From an uncultured delta proteobacterium (GTDB lineage: Bacteria > Desulfobacterota > BSN033 > UBA1163), in assembly GCA_963820625.1 (NCBI GenBank), contig CAWGAV010000034.1, forward strand, positions 95 to 64,094: a DNA stretch of 64,000 nucleotides, in the 5' to 3' direction. The translations under genes were made by a program, and so were the position numbers. The notes under the pieces are model-generated. The model was not told the DNA's origin. It made no database searches and saw nothing but the letters and a program-made list of their open reading frames with translations. Within the stretch, counting starts at the first letter, position 1. The number at the start of each line of letters is the position of its first letter. This document shows, in pieces, positions 10,895 through 19,893 of this stretch.

Positions 10895-12723
10895 GGGCGG
10901 ATATTTCTGGAAGATTCTCTGGGTGGATCTTGATCGCGCCGAGGCAAAGCCGTTGGAATTTGACGAAGCATTTGCCTCTAAATATATTGGTGGAAGGGGA
11001 TTCGGAGCAAAACTGCTTTGGAATCATCTCCAGAAGGAACCGATCGATCCCCTCGGTTCAGGAAATCTTTTGGTGATCTCTCCTGGACCTCTGGCGGGTC
11101 TTTACCTTCCTGCATCTGGAAAAACATCCTTTGTCTCCATCTCTCCGGAAACAGGGATTTATGGCGATTCGAGCATGGGCGGCTCTTTTGGCGCAGAACT
11201 TCGACAGGCTGGTATAGATGCCCTCGCCATTACTGGAAAGGCCAGAACCCTCTCCTACCTCTGGATCGATAATGGAGAAGTAAAAATCATTCCCAATGAG
11301 AAATTGAAAGGAAAAGGAAGTCTGGAGAGCGAAGGGATGATTAAGGAGGATCTGAAGGATGAACATATTAAAGTAGCCACCATTGGTCCTGCAGGAGAGA
11401 ATCGAGTCCGATTTGCCTGTGTCACTTCGGATTGGGGAAGAAATTCTGGAAGGACTGGCATCGGGGCCGTCATGGGATCTAAAAATATCAAGGCCATCGC
11501 TGTCCGTGGTTCTAAAGATCTCCCTGTCTTCGATCTTCCAAGACTGCAAAAAGCTTCTGAGACCTCCTTTCAAAGTCTGAGGGAGAATAAGAATTTTACC
11601 TTCTGGCAGGAACAGGGCCTCATGTCCGTCATCGATTATGTCAATGAGGCAGGGGTGATGCCTACTTATAATTTCAGGGAAGGCGTCTTCGAGCATGCCA
11701 AGAAGGTCAATGGCTATGAAATGCTCTCAAAATATAAGATCGGTGATACCTCTTGCTTCGCTTGCCCCATGGCCTGTGGGAATGTCTGCTTGGTGAAAGA
11801 AGGAAAATATCGAGGGACGGTGGTGGAAGGACCGGAGTATGAAACGGCTTGTATGTTTGGCCCCAATATTGGAGTTCAAAACTTTGCTGCCATTCTCAAG
11901 GCCAATCAACTCTGTGATGAACTCGGAATCGACACGATCACGGCTGGAAATCTTATCGGCGTCCTGATGGAGGCACAGGAGACAGGACTTCTCTCTGAAA
12001 AGGATCTGGATGGTCTCAACTTTAAATGGGGAGATGAAGAGGTCATCTTAGAAACCGTCCATCGGATCGCCCATCGAAAAGGAATAGGGAATATTCTCGC
12101 TGAAGGCAGCTACGGGGTGATCAAACAGTGGCCTCAATTAAAACCTATCATCTCGCAGGTGAAAGGACTGGAACAATCTGCCTACGACGCACGGATTGCC
12201 ATCTCCATGGCATTGGGATATGCCACCTCGGATATTGGAGCCCATCATGCACGGGCGTGGACAATCGCCAAGGAGTTGGAGATGGGAATGGATTGGCCAC
12301 TGGAGAAGAAGGCGGATCTGGTGATCTATCACCAGACACTTCGGCCCCTGTTTGACATGTTGGGAGTCTGCCGGTTGCCCTGGATTGAACTGGGTTTTGA
12401 TGAACATCAGTATGCTGAATTCTATTCAGCGGTCACAGGCGTTGAGACGACATTTGAATGAACTTCTCCAACGTTCTATGGACCTCTATGATCTCACCCG
12501 GGCCATCAATATGAAATTTGGCATCTCTCGGAAAGATGATTATCCTCCTGAAAGGGTTTTCAATTTGCCGATGACCGAAGGACCCCATGCAGGAAAGATC
12601 TTGAAACGGGATGATTACGAGGCGATCCTCGATATCTATTACCAGAAAAGGAGTTGGACCAAAGACGGTCTGGTGGATGGAAAAAAAATAGGAAGTTTTA
12701 ACGATCCACTGATCACCCCATAA
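10860..12723 (+). pseudogene. Aldehyde:ferredoxin oxidoreductase (AOR family) with an apparent frameshift at about 12450
   Basis: ORF 10860..12461 carries the AOR N-terminal and core domains (WKILWVDLD.., GRGFGAKLLW, GPAGEN.VRFA). It stops at a TGA at 12459-12461 right after AVTGVETTFE. The expected C-terminus (NELLQRSMDLYDLTRAINMKFGISRKDDYPPER...) continues in the +1 frame as ORF 12352..12723. Confidence 0.85.
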
Positions 12724-12748
12724 CTTTGTGAATTGTACCGGGAGCCAC

Positions 12749-12825
12749 GTAGGGGAGCCCCTCTGTGCCTGCCTGCCGGTAGGCAGGGGCTCCCGAATCA
12801 GGCGGCCACTGAGAGCCGCCCCTGC
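12749..12825. repeat. Second copy of the modular hairpin set, in order M1-M2-M3
   Basis: GTAGGGGAGCCCCTCTGTG (12749-12767), CCTGCCTGCCGGTAGGCAGG (12768-12787) and CAGGCGGCCACTGAGAGCCGCCCCTGC (about 12798-12825). These are the same modules as at 10133-10303 in a different order. M2 is nested inside a GGGAGCCCCT/AGGGGCTCCC stem. Confidence 0.8.
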
Positions 12826-12838
12826 AAGCTAAAAAAAC

Positions 12839-13159
12839 ATGAACGAATTTATCGTTGTATTGATTACCTGTGGTTCTGAAGAGGAGGCAATGAAGATTGC
12901 CAATGCCTTGGTAGAGGAGCATCTGGCTGCCTGTGTCAACCTTGTCTCTCCAATCCGTTCTATCTATCGATGGAAGGGAAAGATCTGGGACGAAAAGGAG
13001 TGGCTGTTGATCATCAAGACACAAAAGCAAAGGTTTGAGGAGCTAGAGAAAAAAGTCAAATTCCTTCACTCCTATTCTGTCCCTGAAATCATCAGCCTCC
13101 CCATTGTGGAGGGGTCTTCATCCTATCTCAACTGGTTGGAAGAAATGACCAGAAAATAG
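12839..13159 (+). CDS. cutA: Divalent-cation tolerance protein CutA
   Basis: 106-aa ORF with the CutA1 signature AACVN..P..S.Y.W.G.I and C-terminal HSYSVPEI. Confidence 0.9.
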   Translation: MNEFIVVLITCGSEEEAMKIANALVEEHLAACVNLVSPIRSIYRWKGKIWDEKEWLLIIKTQKQRFEELEKKVKFLHSYSVPEIISLPIVEGSSSYLNWLEEMTRK

Positions 13160-13164
13160 AATGA

Positions 13165-13292
13165 CCAATGTCAAAGCTCAAATGCCAAATTAAATCTAAC
13201 TTTAAATGCCATTTTATTTTGATTTTAGAATTTGACATTAATTTGACATTTGCCTGCTTACTGCAGGCAAGAACTTAGGCATTTGGCATTTT
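13165..13292. repeat. Word-type inverted repeats (AATGTCAAA / AAATGCCAAAT words) around a GCCTGC palindrome
   Basis: AATGTCAAA (about 13167) pairs with TTTGACATT x2 (about 13231 and 13242). AAATGCCAAAT (about 13181) pairs with ATTTGGCATTT (about 13281). The core is TTGCCTGCTTACTGCAGGCAA (13250-13270). Confidence 0.7.
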
Positions 13293-13315
13293 AATAGATC
13301 AGGAGGAAATATTTT

Positions 13316-13798
13316 ATGCCGACCGTATTAATCTTATACCATTCTAAAAGCGGAAACACGGAGGAGATGGCAAAAGCGGTTGAAGAAGGTGTGAAATCCG
13401 AGGGCGTCAAGGTGGTCAGAAAAAAAGTGATTCGAGCCACTTTGAAAGACCTTCTCAATGCAGACGGAATCATCTTAGGTTCACCAACTTATTATGGCAC
13501 AATGGCCGCTGAGATAAAGTCCTTTCTTGATAGGAGCGTCCAAATTCACGGCAAGTTAGAGGGGAAAGTCGGGGCAGCCTTTTCATCCTGTGGCGGATTG
13601 GGAGGGGGCGCTGAAACCACAGTCCTCGATATGACGAAGGCCCTCCTCATCCATGGAATGATTATTCAGGGAGATCCCTGGGGCTCCCATTATGGAACGA
13701 TCTCCATTGGTAAACCCAACGTAGCTGCCAAGAAGGAATGTAAAAAGCTTGGGGAAAAAGTCGCCCGCCTGGTCAAGCAATTGAAGGCGGTTTCTTAA
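13316..13798 (+). CDS. Flavodoxin-fold NAD(P)H-dependent oxidoreductase (WrbA-like)
   Basis: 160-aa ORF with [16 protein letters not shown] and GSPTYYGTM motifs. Confidence 0.8.
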   Translation: MPTVLILYHSKSGNTEEMAKAVEEGVKSEGVKVVRKKVIRATLKDLLNADGIILGSPTYYGTMAAEIKSFLDRSVQIHGKLEGKVGAAFSSCGGLGGGAETTVLDMTKALLIHGMIIQGDPWGSHYGTISIGKPNVAAKKECKKLGEKVARLVKQLKAVS

Positions 13799-15239
13799 GA
13801 TAAAAGTTTGTGCTCTGCTCAAAAGTGTAGGCCACTCTTAAGAGCATTCCTTCATCGAAGTGCCTCCCCATGATCTGAAGGCCTATGGGGAGTCCTTCGT
13901 GGCTGAACCCGCAGGGGATGGAGACCGCAGGAATTCCTGCTAGGTTCACTGGAATGGTATGGATATCGGATAAGTACATCTGGAGGGGGTCTTCTGTCTT
14001 CTCACCAATTCGGAAGGCCGGTGTGGGTGCAGTCGGCGCCACAATGACATCAACCTTCTGGAAGGCCTCCTCAAAATCCTTTCTCATCAAGGTTCTTACC
14101 TGTGAAGCCTTTCGGTAGTAGGCTTCATAATATCCCGCAGATAAGACATACGTCCCCAGAATGATTCGTCGTTTTACTTCCTTTCCAAATCCCTTTGCAC
14201 GGGTCTGAGTGTACATCTCCATCAGATCCCGATACCCTTTCGAACGGAGACCGTACTTCACCCCATCATATCGAGCTAGATTAGAACTGGCCTCTGCTGT
14301 CGCAATGATGTAATAAACGGCCACTGCATATTCCGTATGGGGTAAAGAGATCCTCTGGATTTCTGCTCCCCACTTTCTAAAGGAATCGATCGCCTCTTTG
14401 ACGGATTTATCCACTTCCGGATCCATTCCCTCTACAAAATATTCTTCAGGGATCCCAATTCGAATCCCTTTAACATCCCTTTTAAGCGACTGCTTATAAT
14501 CTGGGACTTCCACATTGACAGAAGTTGAGTCATTGGGGTCATAACCGCTGATCGCATTCATCAGGATAGCACAGTCTTCTACATCTTTTGTGATCGGGCC
14601 GATCTGATCCAAAGAGGAGGCAAAAGCCACCAACCCATATCTGGATACTCTGCCATAAGTCGGTTTCAATCCGACCACTCCGCAACAGGCGGCTGGCTGT
14701 CGGATCGAGCCTCCTGTATCCGTGCCCAGAGCAGCCATACATTCACCAGCGGCCACCGCGGCTGCCGAACCACCGCTGGAGCCCCCTGGGATCCGTTGAA
14801 GGTCCCAGGGATTATGAGTGGTTTGAAATCCTGAGTTTTCTGTAGAGGACCCCATAGCAAACTCGTCCATGTTGAGCTTTCCCAAAAAAACAGCTTTCCT
14901 CTCTTTAAGTTTTTTAATCACTGTCCCGTCATAAAACGGAATATATCCTTCTAAAATCTTTGAGGCACAAGTGGTTCGAATTCCTTTCGTGCAAAGAATA
15001 TCTTTCAGCCCGATGGGGACTCCTGCAAGGTCTCCAATTTCTTCTCCTTTAGTTATTTTCTGGTCCACTTGACCGGCCTGACGGAAGGCCTCTTCTTCTG
15101 TCAATAAGAGATAGGCTTTAATCTTCCCCTCCATCTCATGAATCCGCCTGTAGAGGGCTTCTGTGGCCTCTCTGGAGGTGACCTCCTTCTTAACCAAAAG
15201 GTCATGTAGTTCGTGGATGGTCAATGAGTGTAATTCCAT
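13773..15239 (-). CDS. gatA: Glutamyl-tRNA(Gln) amidotransferase subunit A
   Basis: 488-aa ORF with the amidase signature [14 protein letters not shown] and the catalytic region [12 protein letters not shown]. Confidence 0.95.
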   Translation of the reverse strand: MELHSLTIHELHDLLVKKEVTSREATEALYRRIHEMEGKIKAYLLLTEEEAFRQAGQVDQKITKGEEIGDLAGVPIGLKDILCTKGIRTTCASKILEGYIPFYDGTVIKKLKERKAVFLGKLNMDEFAMGSSTENSGFQTTHNPWDLQRIPGGSSGGSAAAVAAGECMAALGTDTGGSIRQPAACCGVVGLKPTYGRVSRYGLVAFASSLDQIGPITKDVEDCAILMNAISGYDPNDSTSVNVEVPDYKQSLKRDVKGIRIGIPEEYFVEGMDPEVDKSVKEAIDSFRKWGAEIQRISLPHTEYAVAVYYIIATAEASSNLARYDGVKYGLRSKGYRDLMEMYTQTRAKGFGKEVKRRIILGTYVLSAGYYEAYYRKASQVRTLMRKDFEEAFQKVDVIVAPTAPTPAFRIGEKTEDPLQMYLSDIHTIPVNLAGIPAVSIPCGFSHEGLPIGLQIMGRHFDEGMLLRVAYTFEQSTNFYLKKPPSIA

Positions 15240-15252
15240 AATTATCCCAAAA

Positions 15253-15363
15253 TTGGAATATTGGAATGATGGAATGTTGGAATGATGGGTATGGAAAATT
15301 TAATAACTTCTTCAGGGTTTTATCTCTTGTTGTACCATTATTCCATTATTCCACTATTCCATT
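15253..15363. repeat. Long imperfect inverted repeat built from GGAAT-word tandem repeats, between gatC and gatA
   Basis: The left arm is TTGGAATATTGGAATGATGGAATGTTGGAATGATGG (15253-15288). The right arm is CCATTATTCCATTATTCCACTATTCCATT (15335-15363). A related CCATTATTCCATTATCCCATG occurs at about 53110-53131. Confidence 0.75.
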
Positions 15364-15373
15364 TGTTTTCGTC

Positions 15374-15652
15374 CTACTCGATGATCCTCGGGACCTTAAA
15401 ATGTCCATCCTCTTCATCGGGTGCAATAGCCAACACCTCTTCCTGCGGGAACGAGGGTTTGACTTCATCTTCTCTAAAGACATTGTGAATGGGGATAGCG
15501 TGAGAAGTAGGCTCCACCCCAGTGGTATCGAGCCTGTTCAATTGTTCCATATAGGTTAGGATTTGGTCCATTTGGTCCCCGAAAATTCCCTTTTCTTCTT
15601 CGGACAACTCAAGGCGAGCCAGTCTTGCTACCTTTTCAATATCGATTTTCAT
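15374..15652 (-). CDS. gatC: Glutamyl-tRNA(Gln) amidotransferase subunit C
   Basis: 92-aa ORF. It has a typical GatC N-terminus (IDIEKVARLARLELSEEE) and a FREDE-type C-terminal region. Confidence 0.9.
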   Translation of the reverse strand: MKIDIEKVARLARLELSEEEKGIFGDQMDQILTYMEQLNRLDTTGVEPTSHAIPIHNVFREDEVKPSFPQEEVLAIAPDEEDGHFKVPRIIE

Positions 15653-15673
15653 CTTTCTTTCTCCACAAGCAGG

Positions 15674-18343
15674 TTACCCGATCATCTCTTTTATTTTGTT
15701 TAAGCTCTCTTCTAATTTATCCCGCTGAGATCGAAACTCCAATGCTTTCTCTTTCACTTCTTGAACGATCTCTGAAGGGGCTTTAGAAAGAAATTGCTCG
15801 TTGGAAAGCTTCTTCATGACAAAAGCACTCTCTTTCTCGATCTTCAACATCTCTTTCTGAAGCCTTTTCGCCTCTTCTTCCATTCGAGATCGCTCCATGG
15901 GAACGAAGATTTCAACATCCCGAACAACCGTAAAAGCGCTGTAGAGCGGTTTTTCAAGATTCTGACCGTATTTAAACTTTTGGACCAGGGCAAGAAACTG
16001 AATGAAGGATTGATTTTCTCGAAGCCTCTTCTCCAGCCCTTCACTCTTTGTTCGGAAGAAGGCAATGATCTGTTCCCCTGGTGGAAGGTTCATCTCTCCA
16101 CGGATGTTTCGCAGGGCATTGATCACTTCAATGATCAGCGCCATCTCATTCGCCACCTCTTCATCCTCATACCGCTCGTCGGGTTTTGGAAATTCGGCAA
16201 TCATGATCGATTCATTTTCTTTTCGTTGGGGAAGTTGTTGCCAGATCTCTTCAGTGATAAATGGCATGAAGGGGTGAAGCAATCTGAGGATGGCATCGAG
16301 AATCTCCAAAAGCGTCCGCTGGGTGAGGTTCTGTCTCTTCTTGTCCCCTTCTTTATAGAGGTAGAGTTTGATCAATTCCAGATACCAATCGCAGAATTCA
16401 TGCCAGATAAATTGGTAGAGGACATGGGAGGCTTCATTGAATTTGTAATCCTCCAATGATTTCCGAACTTCCCGTATCACCTGGTTTAACCTTCCCCGGA
16501 TCCACCGATCTGGAAGACTAAATTCCTCCGGGGAAACCTCCTGGGTCATCTCCTCGACATTAAATTTCTCAAGATTCATCAGGGCGAAACGGGAGGCATT
16601 CCAGATCTTATTGGCAAAGTGACGGTAACCCTCTGTCCTCGACTCGGAGAGTTTTAAGTCGCTTCCTGGCATCGTCAACGCCGCGAGGGTAAAACGAAGG
16701 GCATCGGCACCGAAACGATCGATGAGGTCAAGAGGATCAACCACGTTTCCACGGGTCTTCGAATATTTTTCACCTCTCTCGTCCCTCACCAGACCGTGGA
16801 TATAAACATCCCTGAAAGGAACGTCACCCATAAACTTCAAACCCATCATCATCATCCTGGCCACCCAGAAGAAGAGGATATCGAAGCCGGTCACCAGAAC
16901 AGAAGTGGGATAGAATCGTTTTAATTCTTTCGTCTCTTTCGGCCATCCCATGGTGGAGAAAGGCCAGAGGGCCGAACTGAACCATGTATCTAAGACATCT
17001 GTCTCAGGAGTCAAATGATCTGAACCGCATTTTGAACAAGAGTTGGGCGTCTCCTTGGACACAATGACCTCTCCGCATTGCCCACAATACCACGCAGGAA
17101 TACGATGGCCCCACCAGATCTGTCGAGAGATGCACCAATCCCTGATATTTTCCATCCACTCGAAATAGGTCTTCTCCCAGACCTCAGGGATGATTCGAGT
17201 CCGGCCATCTCGAACTGCCTCGATGGCTGTCTTGGCCAACAGTTTGGTTTTGACAAACCATTGGAGGGAAAGATTTGGCTCAACGATCGTCCTACAACGA
17301 TAACAATGACCCACCACGTGGTGGTAGTCCTCGATTTTTATCAGCACCCCATCCCGCTCAAAATCCTTGACAATCTGTTCCCGACATTCAAAACGATCCA
17401 TCCCTTGATAAGGGCCTGCGTTTTCATTCATTCGACCCGCTTCATTGATCACCTTGATCTGTTCAAGACCATGATTCAATCCAATTTCAAAATCATTGAA
17501 ATCGTGAGCCGGGGTGATCTTCAGGCAGCCCGTCCCAAACTCGATATCCACATAGGGGTCGGCAATGACAGGGATCTCCCGATGGACAACAGGAAGGATG
17601 ACCTTCTTCCCGATCTCCGCTTGATAGCGTTCATCCTCAGGGTTTACCGCCACCGCCGTATCCCCAAGCATGGTTTCCGGCCGGGTGGTCGCCACGACGA
17701 CGAAGCGATCACTTTCTTTGAAGGGATATTTAAGATGATAGAGTTTCCCCAAGACCTCTTGATGTTCCACTTCAAGATCGGATAAGGCGGTTTGGCATCG
17801 GGGACACCAATTGATGATGTAATGGCTGCGGTAGATCATGCCTTCCTGATAGAGACGGATGAAAACTTCTTTGACCGCTTCGGAGAGGCCTTCATCCATG
17901 GTAAACCGTTCACGGTCCCAGTCACAGGAAGCCCCCAGTTTCTTCAACTGGCTGATGATCGTTCCACCGGATTGTTCTTTCCACTTCCAAATCCTCTCGA
18001 TAAATTTTTCTCTTCCCAGGGCATGGCGGTCAAGCCCTTCCTCCAAAAGCTGTTTCTCAACGACGTTCTGAGTCGCAATGCCCGCATGGTCCGTCCCCGG
18101 CATCCAGAGGACATTGTAGCCCTCACTCCTTTTAAATCGAATCAAAATGTCTTGCAGGGTATTATTCAGTGCGTGTCCGATGTGAAGGACACCGGTTACA
18201 TTTGGAGGTGGGATGACAATGGAATAGGCTTTCCGCTCTGAATCTTCATCGGCCCTGAAATAGCCATGTTCCTCCCAATAGCGATACCACTTTCCCTCCA
18301 CCTGGTGGGGATCATAAGATTTGTCCAAGACCTTTGAGGCCAT
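15674..18343 (-). CDS. valS: Valyl-tRNA synthetase
   Basis: 889-aa ORF with the class I HIGH motif (LHIGHALN), the KMSKS variant (KYSKTRGN), an editing domain and a C-terminal coiled coil. Confidence 0.97.
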   Translation of the reverse strand: MASKVLDKSYDPHQVEGKWYRYWEEHGYFRADEDSERKAYSIVIPPPNVTGVLHIGHALNNTLQDILIRFKRSEGYNVLWMPGTDHAGIATQNVVEKQLLEEGLDRHALGREKFIERIWKWKEQSGGTIISQLKKLGASCDWDRERFTMDEGLSEAVKEVFIRLYQEGMIYRSHYIINWCPRCQTALSDLEVEHQEVLGKLYHLKYPFKESDRFVVVATTRPETMLGDTAVAVNPEDERYQAEIGKKVILPVVHREIPVIADPYVDIEFGTGCLKITPAHDFNDFEIGLNHGLEQIKVINEAGRMNENAGPYQGMDRFECREQIVKDFERDGVLIKIEDYHHVVGHCYRCRTIVEPNLSLQWFVKTKLLAKTAIEAVRDGRTRIIPEVWEKTYFEWMENIRDWCISRQIWWGHRIPAWYCGQCGEVIVSKETPNSCSKCGSDHLTPETDVLDTWFSSALWPFSTMGWPKETKELKRFYPTSVLVTGFDILFFWVARMMMMGLKFMGDVPFRDVYIHGLVRDERGEKYSKTRGNVVDPLDLIDRFGADALRFTLAALTMPGSDLKLSESRTEGYRHFANKIWNASRFALMNLEKFNVEEMTQEVSPEEFSLPDRWIRGRLNQVIREVRKSLEDYKFNEASHVLYQFIWHEFCDWYLELIKLYLYKEGDKKRQNLTQRTLLEILDAILRLLHPFMPFITEEIWQQLPQRKENESIMIAEFPKPDERYEDEEVANEMALIIEVINALRNIRGEMNLPPGEQIIAFFRTKSEGLEKRLRENQSFIQFLALVQKFKYGQNLEKPLYSAFTVVRDVEIFVPMERSRMEEEAKRLQKEMLKIEKESAFVMKKLSNEQFLSKAPSEIVQEVKEKALEFRSQRDKLEESLNKIKEMIG

Positions 18344-18363
18344 CGATGCACCCTTTGCCCTCC

Positions 18364-19791
18364 CTATTCCTTTTCTCCCTTCTGAAGCCGTTTGATCTCC
18401 TCCTGAATGGCTTTCTCTGCCAAATCCGGAACAACCTCTCTCACCATCTTCTCAATCCGTTCAAGGGTAAGACCGACGACATTCTGGGTCATCTCCGGGA
18501 CGAGTTTGGTGATGATTTCTTCCATCATCTCCTGAATCCTTTGCGAGATGACTTCTTGCATCTTTTTATCCACGGGCCTCACCAAGGGAGGGACCTCTTC
18601 CAGAGGGATTTTCGGGGCTTCCATCTCTTCGAGTCTATCCATCCCTATCTCTTCTGCCCTCCTCTCCTTGGGCCTCACCTCTTCAGGCTTTAACTCTTTC
18701 GGCTCCTCAATAACACTAATCTCCTCTTCTCCCAATATCTCTTCCAAAAGTTCATCCGGAAATTCCTCTTCAGACAGTTCCTTAAGTTCCTCCTCCTCCA
18801 CGGATTCTTCTATGGGGATAGCTTCTTCTGAGATCTTTTTCTCAGGCTCCTCCATAAAAAAGGGCTGCAGATCTTCCTCTGGCAACTCAGCTTTTACTCC
18901 CTTCTGAAGGGCCGCTTCGAATTCTTCGAGATCTAAACCTTTTTCAACAGGCTCCTCCATCTTGAGGGACCTTTCTTCACTATCCCTTACCTCTTTTTCA
19001 GAAGGCCATTCCTTCTCCAAAGAAGGCTTGAGTTGTTCCACCTTTTCGAGGATCTCCTCCAATTCGATCTTCTCAAAAAGTTCCTCTTCGGGTGAGGCTC
19101 CTTTCGGAGGCATCTCCCTTTTCAATTGAAGATCCATCTCTCTGATGACTTCCTCTTCCTTGTCTGGTTGTAGCACAAATTCTTTTTCCTCTGGTTTTTC
19201 TTCAAGCTCCAGTTTTTCCCAGGGTTCCAGAGGAGTGATTTCCCCAAAGGGTTCTTCTTTCCCTGAAGCGATAAAATTATCAATGCTCATTCTGGGTTCG
19301 GGTTCTTCCACGACATCCACCAGTTCGATGATCTCCTCTTCGCTTTCCCCCTCCCCTACTTCATCCAATAAAAACCCCTCCTGTTTTTCAGAAACCATTT
19401 CTTCTCTCTTTCCAAACGCCTCCTCTTCCATCAGGTGGTCCACCAAATTGAGAATCTCATCTTCGTTGAGAGGTCTTGAGATCACCCCATCCGCCTGGAC
19501 GCGTTTACGATCCTTTTCCGAAATCTCATCAAAAATACTTGAAATGAGGATGAACGGGATATGTTTAGACTCCGGATCCCCTTTGATGGCTTCACATAAT
19601 TCCAAACCGCCCATCTCTCGAAAACCCGTTCCTGAAGCAATGATCATTTCCGGTTTGAAAAGTTTTGCCCGGAGAAGGGCATCCTCTCCGCTTTCTGAAA
19701 AGATGAGGTGATAATCAGTGGTTTCAAAAATTTTTTGAAACTCTTCCTGATCAGCCTTATCCGAATCAGCAATTAAAATTTCCTTTGCCAT
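18364..19791 (-). CDS. Receiver-like (probably aspartate-less) domain protein with a ~300-aa Glu-rich disordered region and a conserved C-terminal helix
   Basis: 475-aa ORF with an N-terminal CheY-like fold (ILIADSD...). The usual D..MP.MDG phospho-acceptor segment reads MIIASGTGFREMGG. The central region is extremely E/K/P-rich. The stop lies 20 nt before the valS start. Confidence 0.65.
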   Translation of the reverse strand: MAKEILIADSDKADQEEFQKIFETTDYHLIFSESGEDALLRAKLFKPEMIIASGTGFREMGGLELCEAIKGDPESKHIPFILISSIFDEISEKDRKRVQADGVISRPLNEDEILNLVDHLMEEEAFGKREEMVSEKQEGFLLDEVGEGESEEEIIELVDVVEEPEPRMSIDNFIASGKEEPFGEITPLEPWEKLELEEKPEEKEFVLQPDKEEEVIREMDLQLKREMPPKGASPEEELFEKIELEEILEKVEQLKPSLEKEWPSEKEVRDSEERSLKMEEPVEKGLDLEEFEAALQKGVKAELPEEDLQPFFMEEPEKKISEEAIPIEESVEEEELKELSEEEFPDELLEEILGEEEISVIEEPKELKPEEVRPKERRAEEIGMDRLEEMEAPKIPLEEVPPLVRPVDKKMQEVISQRIQEMMEEIITKLVPEMTQNVVGLTLERIEKMVREVVPDLAEKAIQEEIKRLQKGEKE

Positions 19792-19848
19792 TCTCAGGTC
19801 TCCTTTTGGCGGTTAGAGAGAACGGATCCTAATTCTTTGAATTGTAAT

Positions 19849-19877
19849 TTTCTATCACAAGGGATAGGGAATGTCAA
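19849..19877 (-). promoter_or_regulatory. Sigma70-type promoter for the receiver-like/valS unit
   Basis: The minus strand reads TTGACA (19877-19872), a 17-nt spacer ending in TGa (extended -10), then TAGAAA (19854-19849). This is about 55 nt upstream of the ATG at 19791. Confidence 0.5.
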
Positions 19878-19893
19878 CCTTTCGACTCGCCAG
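19878..19893. repeat. Left copy of the 16-bp target-site duplication of the IS
   Basis: CCTTTCGACTCGCCAG is identical to 21379-21394. Confidence 0.85.

Noticed and set aside
12459-12461. TGA in the AOR gene as a possible selenocysteine codon, given that selB is in the window.
   Set aside because: Reading through the TGA in frame gives non-homologous sequence (TSPTFYGPL, then a stop). Homology continues in the +1 frame, so this is a frameshift and not Sec recoding.
19145-19711. 188-aa Ser-rich ORF (SSSLSGCSTNSFSSGFSSSSS...).
   Set aside because: It is the mirror frame of the GAA/GAG-rich acidic linker of the receiver-like gene (TTC/CTC read as Ser/Leu/Phe). This is an artefact of codon repetition.
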